Assembly: GCA_013265495.1 (NCBI GenBank)
Contig: MU058017.1
Span: 248,001-306,712, forward strand
DNA length: 58,712 nt
Direction of reading: 5' to 3'
Origin: Vicugna vicugna
Taxonomy: Eukaryota
Each line of letters begins with the position of its first letter. The stretch's first letter is position 1. A program made the position numbers and the translations under genes. Under the pieces are notes generated by a model. That model searched no databases. It was given only the letters and a program-made list of their open reading frames with translations, and was not told the origin of the DNA. Positions 38,252-49,690 of the stretch are shown here, in pieces.

Positions 38252-38760
38252 AGTCCAGGTTCCCTGGAAATCAGACTGTAAGGAAAAGCTTTAGTGCTTT
38301 GAGACCTCAGGAAAGCAAGAGTGAGAAGAAAAGGAAGTGAGTCAGGGTAAAAGCAGGAACAGGCCTAAAATGGGGCATTACTGATCCGGTCACAGCTTCA
38401 TAAGAAAACACAGCTGGCTGCTCAATCACAAAGAAGGAACATCTCCAGAGTCTGCAAAGAAGAGCCCTTTGTAGAGGGTGGGAGAGGAACACAAGTTAAC
38501 TTCCCACATATAGTCTCTCACTGGTCAAAACTCACCCCATATCAACTCCCTCACATTTCTGGATTATGTTGCCCAGTTCATCTAGGCAGAACCTGTTCCA
38601 GTGAGGTCAGATCATGTGCTAAGGCAGCTGGATGGGGTCCCTGCTCATGGAAGAGATGCCAATGTCCATATCTCATCCCTGTGGGAGCCTGAGACAATCT
38701 GAGATGAAGGGATGGTCAGGGAAGCCAGTCTGTAAGATCCTGAAGATGACACAAGTTGAC
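38252..38760 (-). mobile_element. Old ERVL-class solo LTR (subfamily uncertain)
   Basis: Begins ggttccctggaaatcagactg, the reverse of the typical ERVL LTR 3' end; ~500 bp, GC-richer than its flanks. Confidence 0.5.
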
Positions 38761-39019
38761 ACTGTTCTTTAGCCAGGAAGTGGGACAAGGCCCAGGGGTC
38801 ATGTAGAGCTGAGCACAACTGGGAGGCCCCCAGATCAGAGCTGCCATGTTGGGGAAAACACAGATGTTGGAGTTGGACAGGTCTAGGTTCACATCCCTTT
38901 CTCTCCACTTCCCAGCATGTGGTATCTATGGAAGTTGCTTTACCCCTTTGATGGATGATATTAATATCCTTGCTGAGCTGGTACAAAAACTAGGGATAAC
39001 ATATGATTTCCTCCATAAA

Positions 39020-42000
39020 GGCTTTTCATATCTTTAGTAGACTTATTCCTAGACAGTTTATATTTTTGATGCTACTATGAATGGTACCTTTTTTAATTCT
39101 TATTTTTGTTAATGCAGTTTATGTACAGCAAACTTGCTAAGTTTTTATTAATTCCAACATTTTATCTATAGTATTTTATTCTTGATGCAAAGAATCATAT
39201 CTACTAATGATTTTGCTTATTACTCTTTAATCCTAATACCTTTTAATTTTTTTTAGCTTTACTTTCAGTGCTAGAGTCTTCAGTACAACATTGGACAAAA
39301 TTGTAAAAATGTAAACTTGTCTTATTCATAATATTAAAGGAAAAACATTCATTGCTTCACTATTAAATTTGGTAACTGCTGTAGGCTTCTTTAGTTGCTC
39401 TTTATCAAGTTAAAAAATTCCCTTTTATTTCTGATGTACTGAGTTTTCTTCATGAGTATATATTGAGTTCTATCAAACCATTTTTCAACATCTATTGACA
39501 ATATTTTTTCTTTGATCTGTTAATACGGATAGTTAGAATGATTTTTCCGATGCTTTTCAAAAAAAACTTGCATTCTAAAATAAACATAAGTTGGGTATGC
39601 TGTATTTTTTTAAACACATTTCTGGATTAAGTTTGCTAATATTTTAAGATCACTGTATATATGCTCCTGAATGAGATTCACCTGCAATTTTCGTTTGTTT
39701 TCTCCACATCAGGTTTTTGATATGAAGGTTACACTAACCAAATGAGTTGAGAAATAGCCCCTCTTTTACTCTACTGTGCAATAGTTTACATAAAATTGAA
39801 ATTACTTGTTCCTTAAGTGTTTGGTTGGACTCCATGGTAAAACCATCTAAGGGATGGAGTTTCTATGTGGGAAGATCTTTAACTAGTGCCAGTTTTGTTA
39901 ATGCTTATATGATTATTCGTATGTTCTCTTTCTTCCTAAGTCAGTTTTGGTTTTGGCCAAAGTTTTCTAGGAATTTGTTTACTTTATATAAATTTTCAAA
40001 TTAACTGGCATGGAGTTGTTCAAATTATCAATTTATTATCTCCTTAATGCTGGCAATTTTATCCCCTTTTCCATTCCTTATATTGCTTATTTGGGAAAGC
40101 TCATTTATTTCTTGACTAATCTTGACAAGGTTTTGTCAATTGTATGTCTGTCCAAACAACCAAATTTTGTTTTTGTTCAACCTTTTTCAGTGCTTATCTT
40201 CTGTCACATTAATTTTAGCCCAAGTCTCCATTATTTCCTTCTTTCCAGGTTTTTACGGTTACTTTGCTATTCTTTTCCCATCCTCTTAGGATGACTGTAT
40301 CATTCACTTACTTTTAACCTTTGTTTTTGTTTTGATATGATTAAAATCTAAAATTTCTAATTGCCACTCTATCCACACCTCATATGTTTTGATAACAGTA
40401 CTTCACAATCCTTTCAATCTAAATATTTTCTAGTTTTTATTGTGATATTTTGACATGATTTTCTTAGAAATATACTTCTTAATTTCTCAATGTGTGGAGT
40501 TTCATTGGTTATCTTTTGGTTATTGATTTTTAGCTTAACTACACTGTGTTCAAAGAACAATACAGGACTTTGAAAACTGAGACTGTTTCATGGTCAATTT
40601 TTTCAAATGTCCCTTGTGTTTTTATCCAGAATGCATACCCTATTGTGGTGGCATGTTATTATACATGTCCATTTGGATATGATTAGTAATCATATTGTTT
40701 AAATCTTTACTTTCCCTACTGATTTCTTTTTGTCCCATCACTCAGTTTCTGAGAAGTATGTCAAAATCTCCTGTTATAATGCAGATTTCTCTTTTAGTTC
40801 TTTATTTTGAGGTATATTAGGTACACAAATTTTAAATTATTATACTTTCCTGGTGAATTAAATATTCTATCACTTCAAAAAGATTAATTATGCTTTTTTG
40901 CTTGAAAGCATGTTTTGTATGATATTAAAATAGCTACAATATCTTTCTTTTGACTACACTTGCCTGATATATTTTCCAATCCTTTTATGTTGGCAGCCAG
41001 TCTAACCATCTTTATATTTTAGCTGAAGCATTTACTTCATTTACATTTTTTTAATTATTCACATTTACACTTGTATCTATTCTCTTAATTGCTTTTGTCT
41101 ATTTATCCTGCTCTTTTCATACTTTTTCCTCTTTCTTGCCTTTTAAAAATTATTTTTCTCACTTTTATTTTCCTTTACTAGTTTTCAATTTGTGTATTCT
41201 GTTTTTATTCTTCTATTGGTCTTCCTATAACTTACAGCATGTATACCATAAAAATCAACATCTTTACCTCTCTCAACACAATTTTTACGTTACTTCCTTC
41301 CCAACTTAAGTTCTGCTGATTTCTAGTATTTTAGTTTTGCCTTAATTTCCGTTTTAACCCACTCCTCACCCCCATATTTATTTAACTTTATCTTTGCTCA
41401 TCATTTCTTACTGAAGCTCATATTTTTTCATCTAGGATCATTTTTATCATTTCTGAAATGTATTCTATAGAAATAGATTCTTTAGAAATTAGTTTAATAA
41501 TATTTCAGAAGTACACTCAGTTCAGGCTTGCCTGAAAATGTTATTTTGCCTTTGATTTTGTAGGGTAGTTTTTACTAGGTTAAGAATTCCTAACTGCAAT
41601 TATTTTTGCCTAACATATTGAAGATATCACTGCACTGGCTTCTGGCTTCTGTTATTGCTGCAAGAAACCAGCTGTCAACCATTCCTTTGTAGGTGGTCAG
41701 TTTATTCCTTCTGACTGCTTTAAAGATGTTTTCTTTGTCTTTCATGTTCTCTAGTTTCAAGCTAATGTGTTTTGGTTAGGGTTTCTTTTTTTAATATCTG
41801 CTTTGGATTCTTTGGGGTTTATGCATCTGAGGATTTATGTCTTTCATTAATTCTGGAAAATTCTCAGCTATCATCTCTTTGGATATTGTTTCCCATCCTC
41901 TTTATTATTTCTTTATGAAACTAAAATTACACTTATGTGAGATATCTCACCCTCTCCTTTGTGTCTCTTAATCTTTCTCATATGTTCCATGTATTTGCCT
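39020..42000 (-). mobile_element. Ancient L1 (L1M-type), ~3 kb, antisense ORF2 and ORF1 remnants
   Basis: Very T-rich; cttgtcttattcataatattaaaggaaaa, tggattaagtttgctaatattt, ttctggaaaattctcagctatcatctctt are antisense L1 hallmarks; may extend to ~42360. Confidence 0.88.
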
Positions 42001-44384
42001 CTTCAACTGGAGGGGAGGCATTTACCCTCATCTTTATGCTGAGGGTATAGTGCTTTTGTCCCAGCTCTCTGGAGGAGGTTCCTTTATTAGACTTCACACC
42101 TGAGATTTGTCTCCTGTCACATAACTCAATGAGAAAATCAAAGCTGAAGGTTACTAGGTTCAATTAAAAGTCCTCAGAATGAAAGTTAAATGTAAAGATA
42201 GCTCAGCTCTCTGGATTTCTGCCTTAACCTACCTAGATTTTAGCCTGCTAACTCCTTTTTTTGTTGCTTACTCATTGATGTTTGTAAGTACAACTACAAA
42301 GCATTTTTAGTAATATTCCATGAGACGGTTTGTCTTAGTACTTGGTCCATCATATTATCAGAAAGAGGTGGTGATATTGTTCATGTAGTTATCAGACACA
42401 GACCAGGCATTCAATAAACAGAAGTTATTATTACTACTGTTATAGCTTATTCTCCTAGCCTAACCAGCATGTATATTACCTTTCTTCCCTCATGGAATCA
42501 TTAAAAACAAAAAACAAAAAACAGTTTCTTACTGTTTTAAAAACATCTAATTCTTCATTGGTTTTTCTATTAATAGAATGCCAAGGCTAAGTTCTGAATT
42601 CTAGTAATTTGAACTAGAAAAGTAAGAAGCCATGGTCATACATATGTTCCAAGGCTCTTTAACATTAAGACAGGAAAAGAGAACCAACTCTTGATTTCGG
42701 TTCAAAAATAACTTTGATCATGCAAAACAGTGAAGAGTTGAAAAAACAACAAAAAAACAAAACACAGATCAAATTATGCAGCAAAAGCTTTTCCAGAAAA
42801 GTAAAATGAAAAATCCATTCTTCCACGTAAGTCGTAATTATCAACTGGTTAATATAAAATGTTTTTCATTGCTCTGTGGCTGCATCTGATCAAAACTCCA
42901 GCATTTGATGAGTGTTGTTTCTTCTGTCTGCAGGAATAGGAAAGAGGTTTGACATTCTAATTTCAGAATTCTAAACCAGACAGGGTCAGTGTAAGGATAC
43001 ATGAAAGTCATTATAATCCTAAGTCACAAAAGTAAATATGAAAATGCCTAAATGCCAATGTCTCATTACTATTATCTCTTGCCAAGTTTGTACTGACAGA
43101 ACTAATTAAATGAAAAATGACATTTTCTCACATTTATCTCACTGGTAAAATATCAACCACATGACTAGCTTTTGAACTGTCAAGATAATGGTAACATTTA
43201 ATGCTTCTCAAGGGAAGATGTCAAAGAGAGACCCAAACTATTACTTAATACTGTTCCCCTTTTCCGATGTGAAGCTATGGTTCCAAAAACAGCAGTACTT
43301 CAAGAATGGTACATCTGTAAAAATGCAATCAACCATGATAGAACAGTTCTTTTGTTTATTTGGTTTTGACCAGATACGTTATATAGATCAAAGTTACTGA
43401 AACCCTCAACTCTCCCAACTCTGAAATGTGAAATGGTCATGAGCCATCCTCTGGAAGAATAACAAAATTTAAGAGTACTTGGATATTTCCTCCCAAGTAC
43501 AGGAATCATGAGGGAAGTGACGCTTGGGATCATTTAAGCTGTTTTACCCATTCCCAACCTAGAGAAAGGAAGTAAAAGTAAGAGAAGTAAGCCAGTCAAG
43601 AGACAGTTTGGAGTTACTTAAAAGTATACAAGACCAGATGTTTGCAAGTTCCCAGAACCATTCCCAGGAGAGAAACAAGTAACTGCAACTGGTGAAGATC
43701 AAAGGAGCAAAGAGGCAGGCTTCAGATACTTGCCTGGCATATGGGGGAACTTCACTCTAGAGTATCAAAATGCAAAGACAGGACCAGGACATCCTGCACA
43801 ATCTAGAATACAGGGGGACCAATATTTTGTAATTAGATCAGACACTAATACAAGTCACTAAGGGAAAAGCGCTAGTTAAACATAAATACATTACACTTTT
43901 GAGAAGCAGATATAAAATAATTGCTGAGTTTGCTGATTTCTGAATCTGCTTCCAACCTTACATCTGGAACATATGCTTATGATTGAGGCATCTGAATCAT
44001 GAGCCATAAAGATTCACAATTAATCTTAGTTTTAGAATAAAAATAGGAGTTCCATATTTTAAGGAAGTAAGAACCCTAAGCATTTAAAGGATTTTTTTAA
44101 ATCTTTACTTATAATATAAATTAAAAACTAAACCAGGAACCAGAAAATATTCTCTAAAGCGTAACCTCCAGCCCACACTAAAGTCCCTAGCTCCTTATTC
44201 ACCAGCACTGTGCACTGCTGAGCCACCTGTACTTTAAAACCATTCAGTTTAGCAGGACAAATAGGAGTTAATACCAGTTGTGTGCCAGGAAGGTCTCATG
44301 AGACAAGAGATGAACAAAACATGGTCCCCACCATTGGTGCAAGCATTCTTTATAAAGAGGCCATAGAGTCTCTGAGAGGAACCT

Positions 44385-44477
44385 TGTATAATCACCATTT
44401 TTTTTTGTATTCATTTAGTGTTTGTGGCTCTAGACATTTGGACACAAGGCAGAGCCTCCATAAATGTCATTGAATGA
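44385..44477 (+). mobile_element. L2 3' tail
   Basis: tctagacatttggacacaaggcagagcctccataaatgtcattgaatga. Confidence 0.55.
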
Positions 44478-44501
44478 AAAAAATAGCACTAATTTGGCTC
44501 A

Positions 44502-44975
44502 TTTATTAGTTTTCTAAATAACCACAAACTTGGTGGATTAAAATAATACTATCTCACAGTTCTGAGTCAGAAATTTGGGCACAATGTATCCCAAGGTATC
44601 TCTACTCAGGGGTCACAGAGCATAAGTGGTGGTGTTAGCTGGGCTGGGATCTTCTAGAGAAGATTCCACTTTGAGGTAGAATTCAGTTCACTGCTGTTGT
44701 AGCACTGAGATTCCCATTTGCTTGACATGTGGCCCCTTCATCTACAAGCCAAAAATAGCACCTCAAGTCTCTGACTTTCCTTTCTGTTACCAGTCAGAGA
44801 AAGACCTCTGCTTTTCAGGGTTTATGTAATTAGAACAGGCCTGACCAGATAATCCAGGATAATCTCCCTATTTTAAGGTCAGCTGATTAGTAACCTTAAT
44901 CACATCTGCAAAATCCACTGTGCAATGTAACATAACATATTCACAGGAGTAACATCAGGGGACCAAAATTCTTTC
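44502..44975 (-). mobile_element. MLT1D/E-like MaLR solo LTR
   Basis: accacaaacttggtggattaaa...ataatccaggataatctccctattttaaggtcagctgattagtaaccttaatcacatctgcaaaatcc. Confidence 0.85.
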
Positions 44976-44984
44976 ACCAAAGCT

Positions 44985-45300
44985 CATTTGATTTCAAGTG
45001 ATATATCTCTGCCCCAAGTTGTTTAAGTCAAAAGGAAATTTATTGGCTATCTGGGAAATTTATTGGCTAACTGGAGATGCTGCCTTCATCAAAGATGGAA
45101 CCATGCTTGAAGATATAAGACTTCAGACTCCATCTCTCAGCTCTGTACCCTCCTAGCTATGGCCTTATTCCCTCCTACTGCAGATTGATTTCCTTCAATT
45201 CCAGTTTTGTATGCCCCCAGAGTAGTGACTCACAGAAAAAGGGAACTTCTCTATTTCAACGTCTAATCAGAGCCTTTCTTTTTGGACTTTGGATTTAAGC
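44985..45300 (-). mobile_element. Old MLT1 (J/K/L-like) LTR fragment
   Basis: tttaagtcaaaaggaaatttattggct...ccatctctcagctctg; contains a local duplication of ggaaatttattggcta. Confidence 0.5.
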
Positions 45301-45449
45301 TGAGTGTTTCAAAAGTTGGGAAATGGTTGGTGCTCATTCATTCCAATACCATAATAATTAATTCTTGATACTGAGATCCACTATGTCCTCCAGAGAATAC
45401 TGGGTCCTGACCTTCTTCTGAGTCTTAGCTTCTTGCCCTCCTCTAGTAG

Positions 45450-45843
45450 ATATTGGGGCACCCCAACCATATTCCTTTTACCAGCCAGTGTTCAATACCC
45501 AGCAGCTATGTCGGCTGCATCTAGCAGCTTATACCTACAACTTTTTCTAGAGCATTGCCCTTGGCTGACTGGGACACCTGCTGGGGACCTTTCAATATCC
45601 CCTACCCCAACATAGCCAATAAATGACTGATAGGGAGGTGCAAAATTTCAGCCTCCTGCCTTAAAATACACACTTTCAAACTAAGAGTAGAGCTTACCTA
45701 AGATCACATCCTTGCTTAGCTCCTTGTCTTTACCTATACTGCTTTCCTCTTTCCTCACAAGTTTTCCTTTCCGTTCAGCCTCAATGAATCATGGGCACCT
45801 TAATTTGTCTCAGGCTCTGCTTTTAGGGAACCTACCTAAGACT
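45450..45843 (+). mobile_element. LTR16-like ERVL solo LTR
   Basis: agccaataaatgactgatagggaggtgcaaaa...tctcaggctctgcttttagggaacctacctaagac. Confidence 0.8.
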
Positions 45844-45906
45844 CTTTGTTTAACTCTGCTTGTTGCCTCCCACCCAAAGTCCAATTTTTGCTCAACTCAG
45901 AGTTTT

Positions 45907-45936
<30 letters not shown>
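45907..45936. repeat. (TTG)10 microsatellite
   Basis: Direct read; explains the poly-Leu run in ORF 45712-46083. Confidence 0.95.
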
Positions 45937-45939
<3 letters not shown>

Positions 45940-46122
45940 TTGCTTAAAATCAGGAACTCCAATATTCTGAGAACAAATAAAATAGAGAAAAAGGGAAGAG
46001 TACTCCATAATGACAGCCCCACTAGAGCCACATGGAGGAGAGAGAAAGGAGAGGAGTTATTTTCTAGTGTCTTAAACCCCTGACCAGTTTATATGATCCA
46101 AGAAAGCAAGAACCATGCTCTC

Positions 46123-46455
46123 TTTTATATATATATATATTGAAGTAGAGTCAGTTTACAACGTTGTCTCAATTTCTGGTGTACAGCCTAATAGTTTAGT
46201 CATACATATGCATATATTCGTTTTCATACTTTTTCACCATGAGTTACTATAAGACTGAATATAGTTTCCTGTGCTATACAGAAGAAACTTGTTGTTTATC
46301 TATTTTATATATATAGTATTTAGTATCTGCAAATCTCAAACTTCCACTTCATCCCTTCCCACCCTCTTCCCCCACTGGTAACCCTAAGTTTGTTTTCTAT
46401 GTTTGTGAGTTTGTTTCTGTTTTGTTAATAAGTTCATTTGTCTTATTTTTTAGAT
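46123..46455 (-). mobile_element. L1 3' end inserted in an L2 tail
   Basis: attgaagtagagtcagtttacaacg...cctgtgctatacag...aataagttcatttg; duplicated flank caagaaccatg(c/t)tct. Confidence 0.92.
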
Positions 46456-46684
46456 AAGCAAGAGAGCAAGAACGGATAAGCAAGAGAACAAGAACCATGT
46501 TCTAGTCATCTTTGTATCCTCCAGAGCATGTAGCACAAGGCCATGCACAAAGCAGATGCTTAATAAATATGAATGGATTGATTGATTTCACAAAGGTAAA
46601 TTCCCCTAGTGATGACTATTCAAAAGACAAAGTAGAAACAGACAAATTGAATGAAAGTTTTTCTTTCATGAATCACATTAATTA

Positions 46685-46900
46685 CAACTGATATTTACAG
46701 TAAATTATAGTTTTCAAAGCATGTCTACATGCACCATTTCACTCACTCATTACAGCAGTCATGCCAGGGGAGTTTCAACAAGAGTTTCATTTTACAGGTG
46801 AACCTGAGAGGTAAAGACTTTCCCAAAATAGCACAGCCAGTAAAGCCTTCAACAAGAACATCTAATCTAAATTCTCTATTTCTTCTTCTACTAAACACAA
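46685..46900 (-). mobile_element. MIR fragment
   Basis: cattttacaggtgaacctgagaggtaaagactttcccaaaatagcacagccagtaa. Confidence 0.7.
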
Positions 46901-48315
46901 TCCACCTGGAAAAGGGGTTCCCCCTCTCCACCTGGTCTTATATTTATCTAGAAAGGACAGTGTACTTGGTGTTTTTGGAATCTGAGATTGAAAGAAAGCA
47001 AGTGGACTGTGGTGATGAGGAAGTGTGCTGGGCTCTGAAGTCTGTCTTTTCTTTCCAAAAGGAGATTAATAGCAGCATAAAGTAAAGCCATAGAGGGCAC
47101 CAAAGTGACATTTGAAAGACAGTGGGGGATGAAGCAGCCCTGGGCGTATGAAGAAGGAAGACCTCACTCCATTCTGAGCTCTCAGGTTATACTGTTACGC
47201 CTCTCTAATTCCTGCCATCTATTGTTTCAGCTGCTGAGCACTTTGAGTTTCTTCCCTGAGAAAAAAGCGAAGCCAATCCAATTTCTCTAAAATTATATAG
47301 TTTCACTCCTATCCTTTAAAGTATAATTAATCAGGGTGGTGTGTGGCCATTTCCAAACCAGGAGCCAAAACTTTTCCTTTAACTATTAGGAAAACATCTG
47401 CCACCCAAGGAGAAAACTGTCCTTGCTTGTTTTCAATGCCAGAAAGCAGAGAGTGAGAACAGGTCATCTGTCTCAAATCCATAGGTATCATATGGGCTCC
47501 ATGTTTGCTCTTTGAGGTCCAAAGTAACATAGAATTTCATCTAAGTAACTGTTGAAAAACCTTCTGCAAATCTGTTTGAAATTGTCTGCTGGCTGGAGCT
47601 TTCACATTCACACTGATGGTGTCTGATTTTCCATTTTCTTTAAAAACGTTTCTCTACCTGAGGCCATCGATTTCAAGCCATTTTATTCTAGGGCTGTCAG
47701 GCTTCATACCAGCTGGAAAAACAGGAAAACCCTCCTCCCTGAGCCCTAGGCTTCCCCTGCCCAGCCACCACCCCCTAAGGGCTCAAAAGAAACCACTATG
47801 ATCTTGCCTGGCAATGTCCTCACTGTCGGCCAGATGTTTCTTCTGAGTGAAATCCATGAACACATTGAAGACAAAATTACCTGCCCTGATCCACCTGTCC
47901 TTTGACCAAGAATTTTAAAGCACTCTTCCAAGAATCAAAAGATTAAATCTCCTTCCACAGACAATATTTTGTTGGCCAGTATTGTTACAGCCGAAATGGT
48001 CCCACATTTGCCCACACTCCGATTTAAGGGTCAAAGAGGTTAAAGGATACATCCTAAATCAAGGGTTTCTAGTCCATGCTTCTCTCCCTTGGGCTTAGCA
48101 TGGTTGTTTACAATTATGGTTTTCTTTGAAAGAGCTTCTTAATTTTTCTTAAACCAATTATCTTGGTGCCAGATTCCAAATACAGGACTACTTCACCTCA
48201 TTTGTCTTTCACCTTCCCTATTTAAAAGGTTATTTTTAACTGAACTAATATCTAATGTTCATATTTCATGGAAAGAGGGTGTGGAGTTAAAGAGAGAAGA
48301 ACTAAAATCCACTGG

Positions 48316-48725
48316 CAGTCCCCACAAGAAAGTGTAGACATACTCACAATAGGATAATTCAGAGAGAGGGTGTATTCCAGGCCCCTAATTCACAAATGTG
48401 TGGGTACAAGGAGCTACAAAGGCAACTTCAATAACCTGGAGGCTGTGACAGCTGAGGTTTTACCACCAGTGGGCCTGATGACAAAGAGGGGAAGCATTAT
48501 CTCTCCAGAAGGTGAGAAAGTTGGGTGGAATCTATCTGGTGAAGAATAGTAACTTTCGGTAGGAAGACGGTTAGGTGTTACAGGGAAGGGGCCAAGGGAA
48601 TAGATCCCTTAGCTCACTGTCGTCCCCTCACAGCTTCCTGTAAGAGCTATCCTTTGGCCAAACCCAAAAGAAAGCCTGAAGGCTTCAAGAACCCTGTTGA
48701 TACAAGTCCATATGGTCAGCCTTTC
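48316..48725 (-). mobile_element. LTR33-like ERVL solo LTR
   Basis: ttggccaaacccaaaagaaagcctgaaggc...gttgatacaagtccatatggtcagcc is the reverse of the LTR33 5' part. Confidence 0.75.
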
Positions 48726-48774
48726 AGAATCAGTCATTTTGCTGGGTTCTTGTGATGCTTACAAATTACAACAA

Positions 48775-48945
48775 GAACTATATGTGGCATTCCTGATATA
48801 GACCAGGCACTAGTACTTGATTTCTTCTAGGCCCTTTACCATCCTCTATTGTGGGTGTTTTATCTCTGTCTCACATATATGAAAATTGAGGCTCGGAGAC
48901 TTTCAATAACTTGTCCAACATGGTCACACAGCTGGTAAGTGTCCC
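48775..48945 (-). mobile_element. MIR fragment
   Basis: gaaaattgaggctcggagac...aacttgtccaacatggtcacacagctggtaagt. Confidence 0.75.
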
Positions 48946-49215
48946 ATCCCACTTTTAAACTGCATTCTGTTCTCTCTAGGATGTCCAGTTGCATAAAGTG
49001 CCCATCATTGTGCTTAGTACATAATGAAGTTCAGATAGGTAATACCATTCATGATGCCAAGAAAAGAGCTGCTCTTATTATGCAATCACTATGTGCTGTG
49101 CTAAGCCCCTTATATACATTATCTCAATTCATCTCCACAGCCACCAACAGATCTTAACCAAAAAGAATAGCTGCCCTTGTCACTGGAAAGAAACACAAAT
49201 TTTGATGAAGAACTA

Positions 49216-49690
49216 TGTGGTGACCCTGAGAACATGCCTCTCGGATTTCTCTCAGTAGAGAGCGTAGCTGACTTAGTGGCCCAGGGGCTGCACTCTGAAA
49301 TGTCAACCCTGCTCTTGCTTTGAGATACACTTTCCACCAGCTACTCTCAACGACTGAGTACAATAAAGACACCAAGTCTTACCTTTCCCTGGAAGATGTG
49401 TGATTCCTTTGATAAACAACTTTGGCTTGAGGACTCCACAATGGCCTTATCCAGCTTTTCTTAGAACTGCACTTCAGACTAAGATGTTCCCACCCAAACT
49501 TTCTTCCTTTCTCTTTTTCTTGCTCTTATTTGGGGTCCAACCTGCATTCTACTCTAACATCTTTCAGACTTTCCCAGCTTCCTCCCCATTTTTGCTCATA
49601 GGCATTTCCCCTAAATTTTTCTTGTACGTTTAATGCTGTCTTGGTGTCCACTTTTGGCAGATCTGCTTCTTGGCAAACACTACTAACACA
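49216..49690 (+). mobile_element. LTR16-family ERVL solo LTR
   Basis: tgtggtgaccctgagaacatgcctctcggat ... tgtcttggtgtc...ctgcttctt...actaacaca; TG...CA ends. Confidence 0.75.

Noticed and set aside
42912..42990. Plus-strand acceptor tgttgtttcttctgtctgcag as a coding exon start
   Set aside because: Stops in all three frames within ~45 nt and only a weak donor; at most non-coding.
43696..43705. Perfect TCF/LEF site AGATCAAAGG
   Set aside because: Single isolated motif with no supporting cluster.
45712..46083. 123-aa ORF with a poly-Leu transmembrane-like run
   Set aside because: Composed of an LTR16 end plus a (TTG)10 microsatellite.
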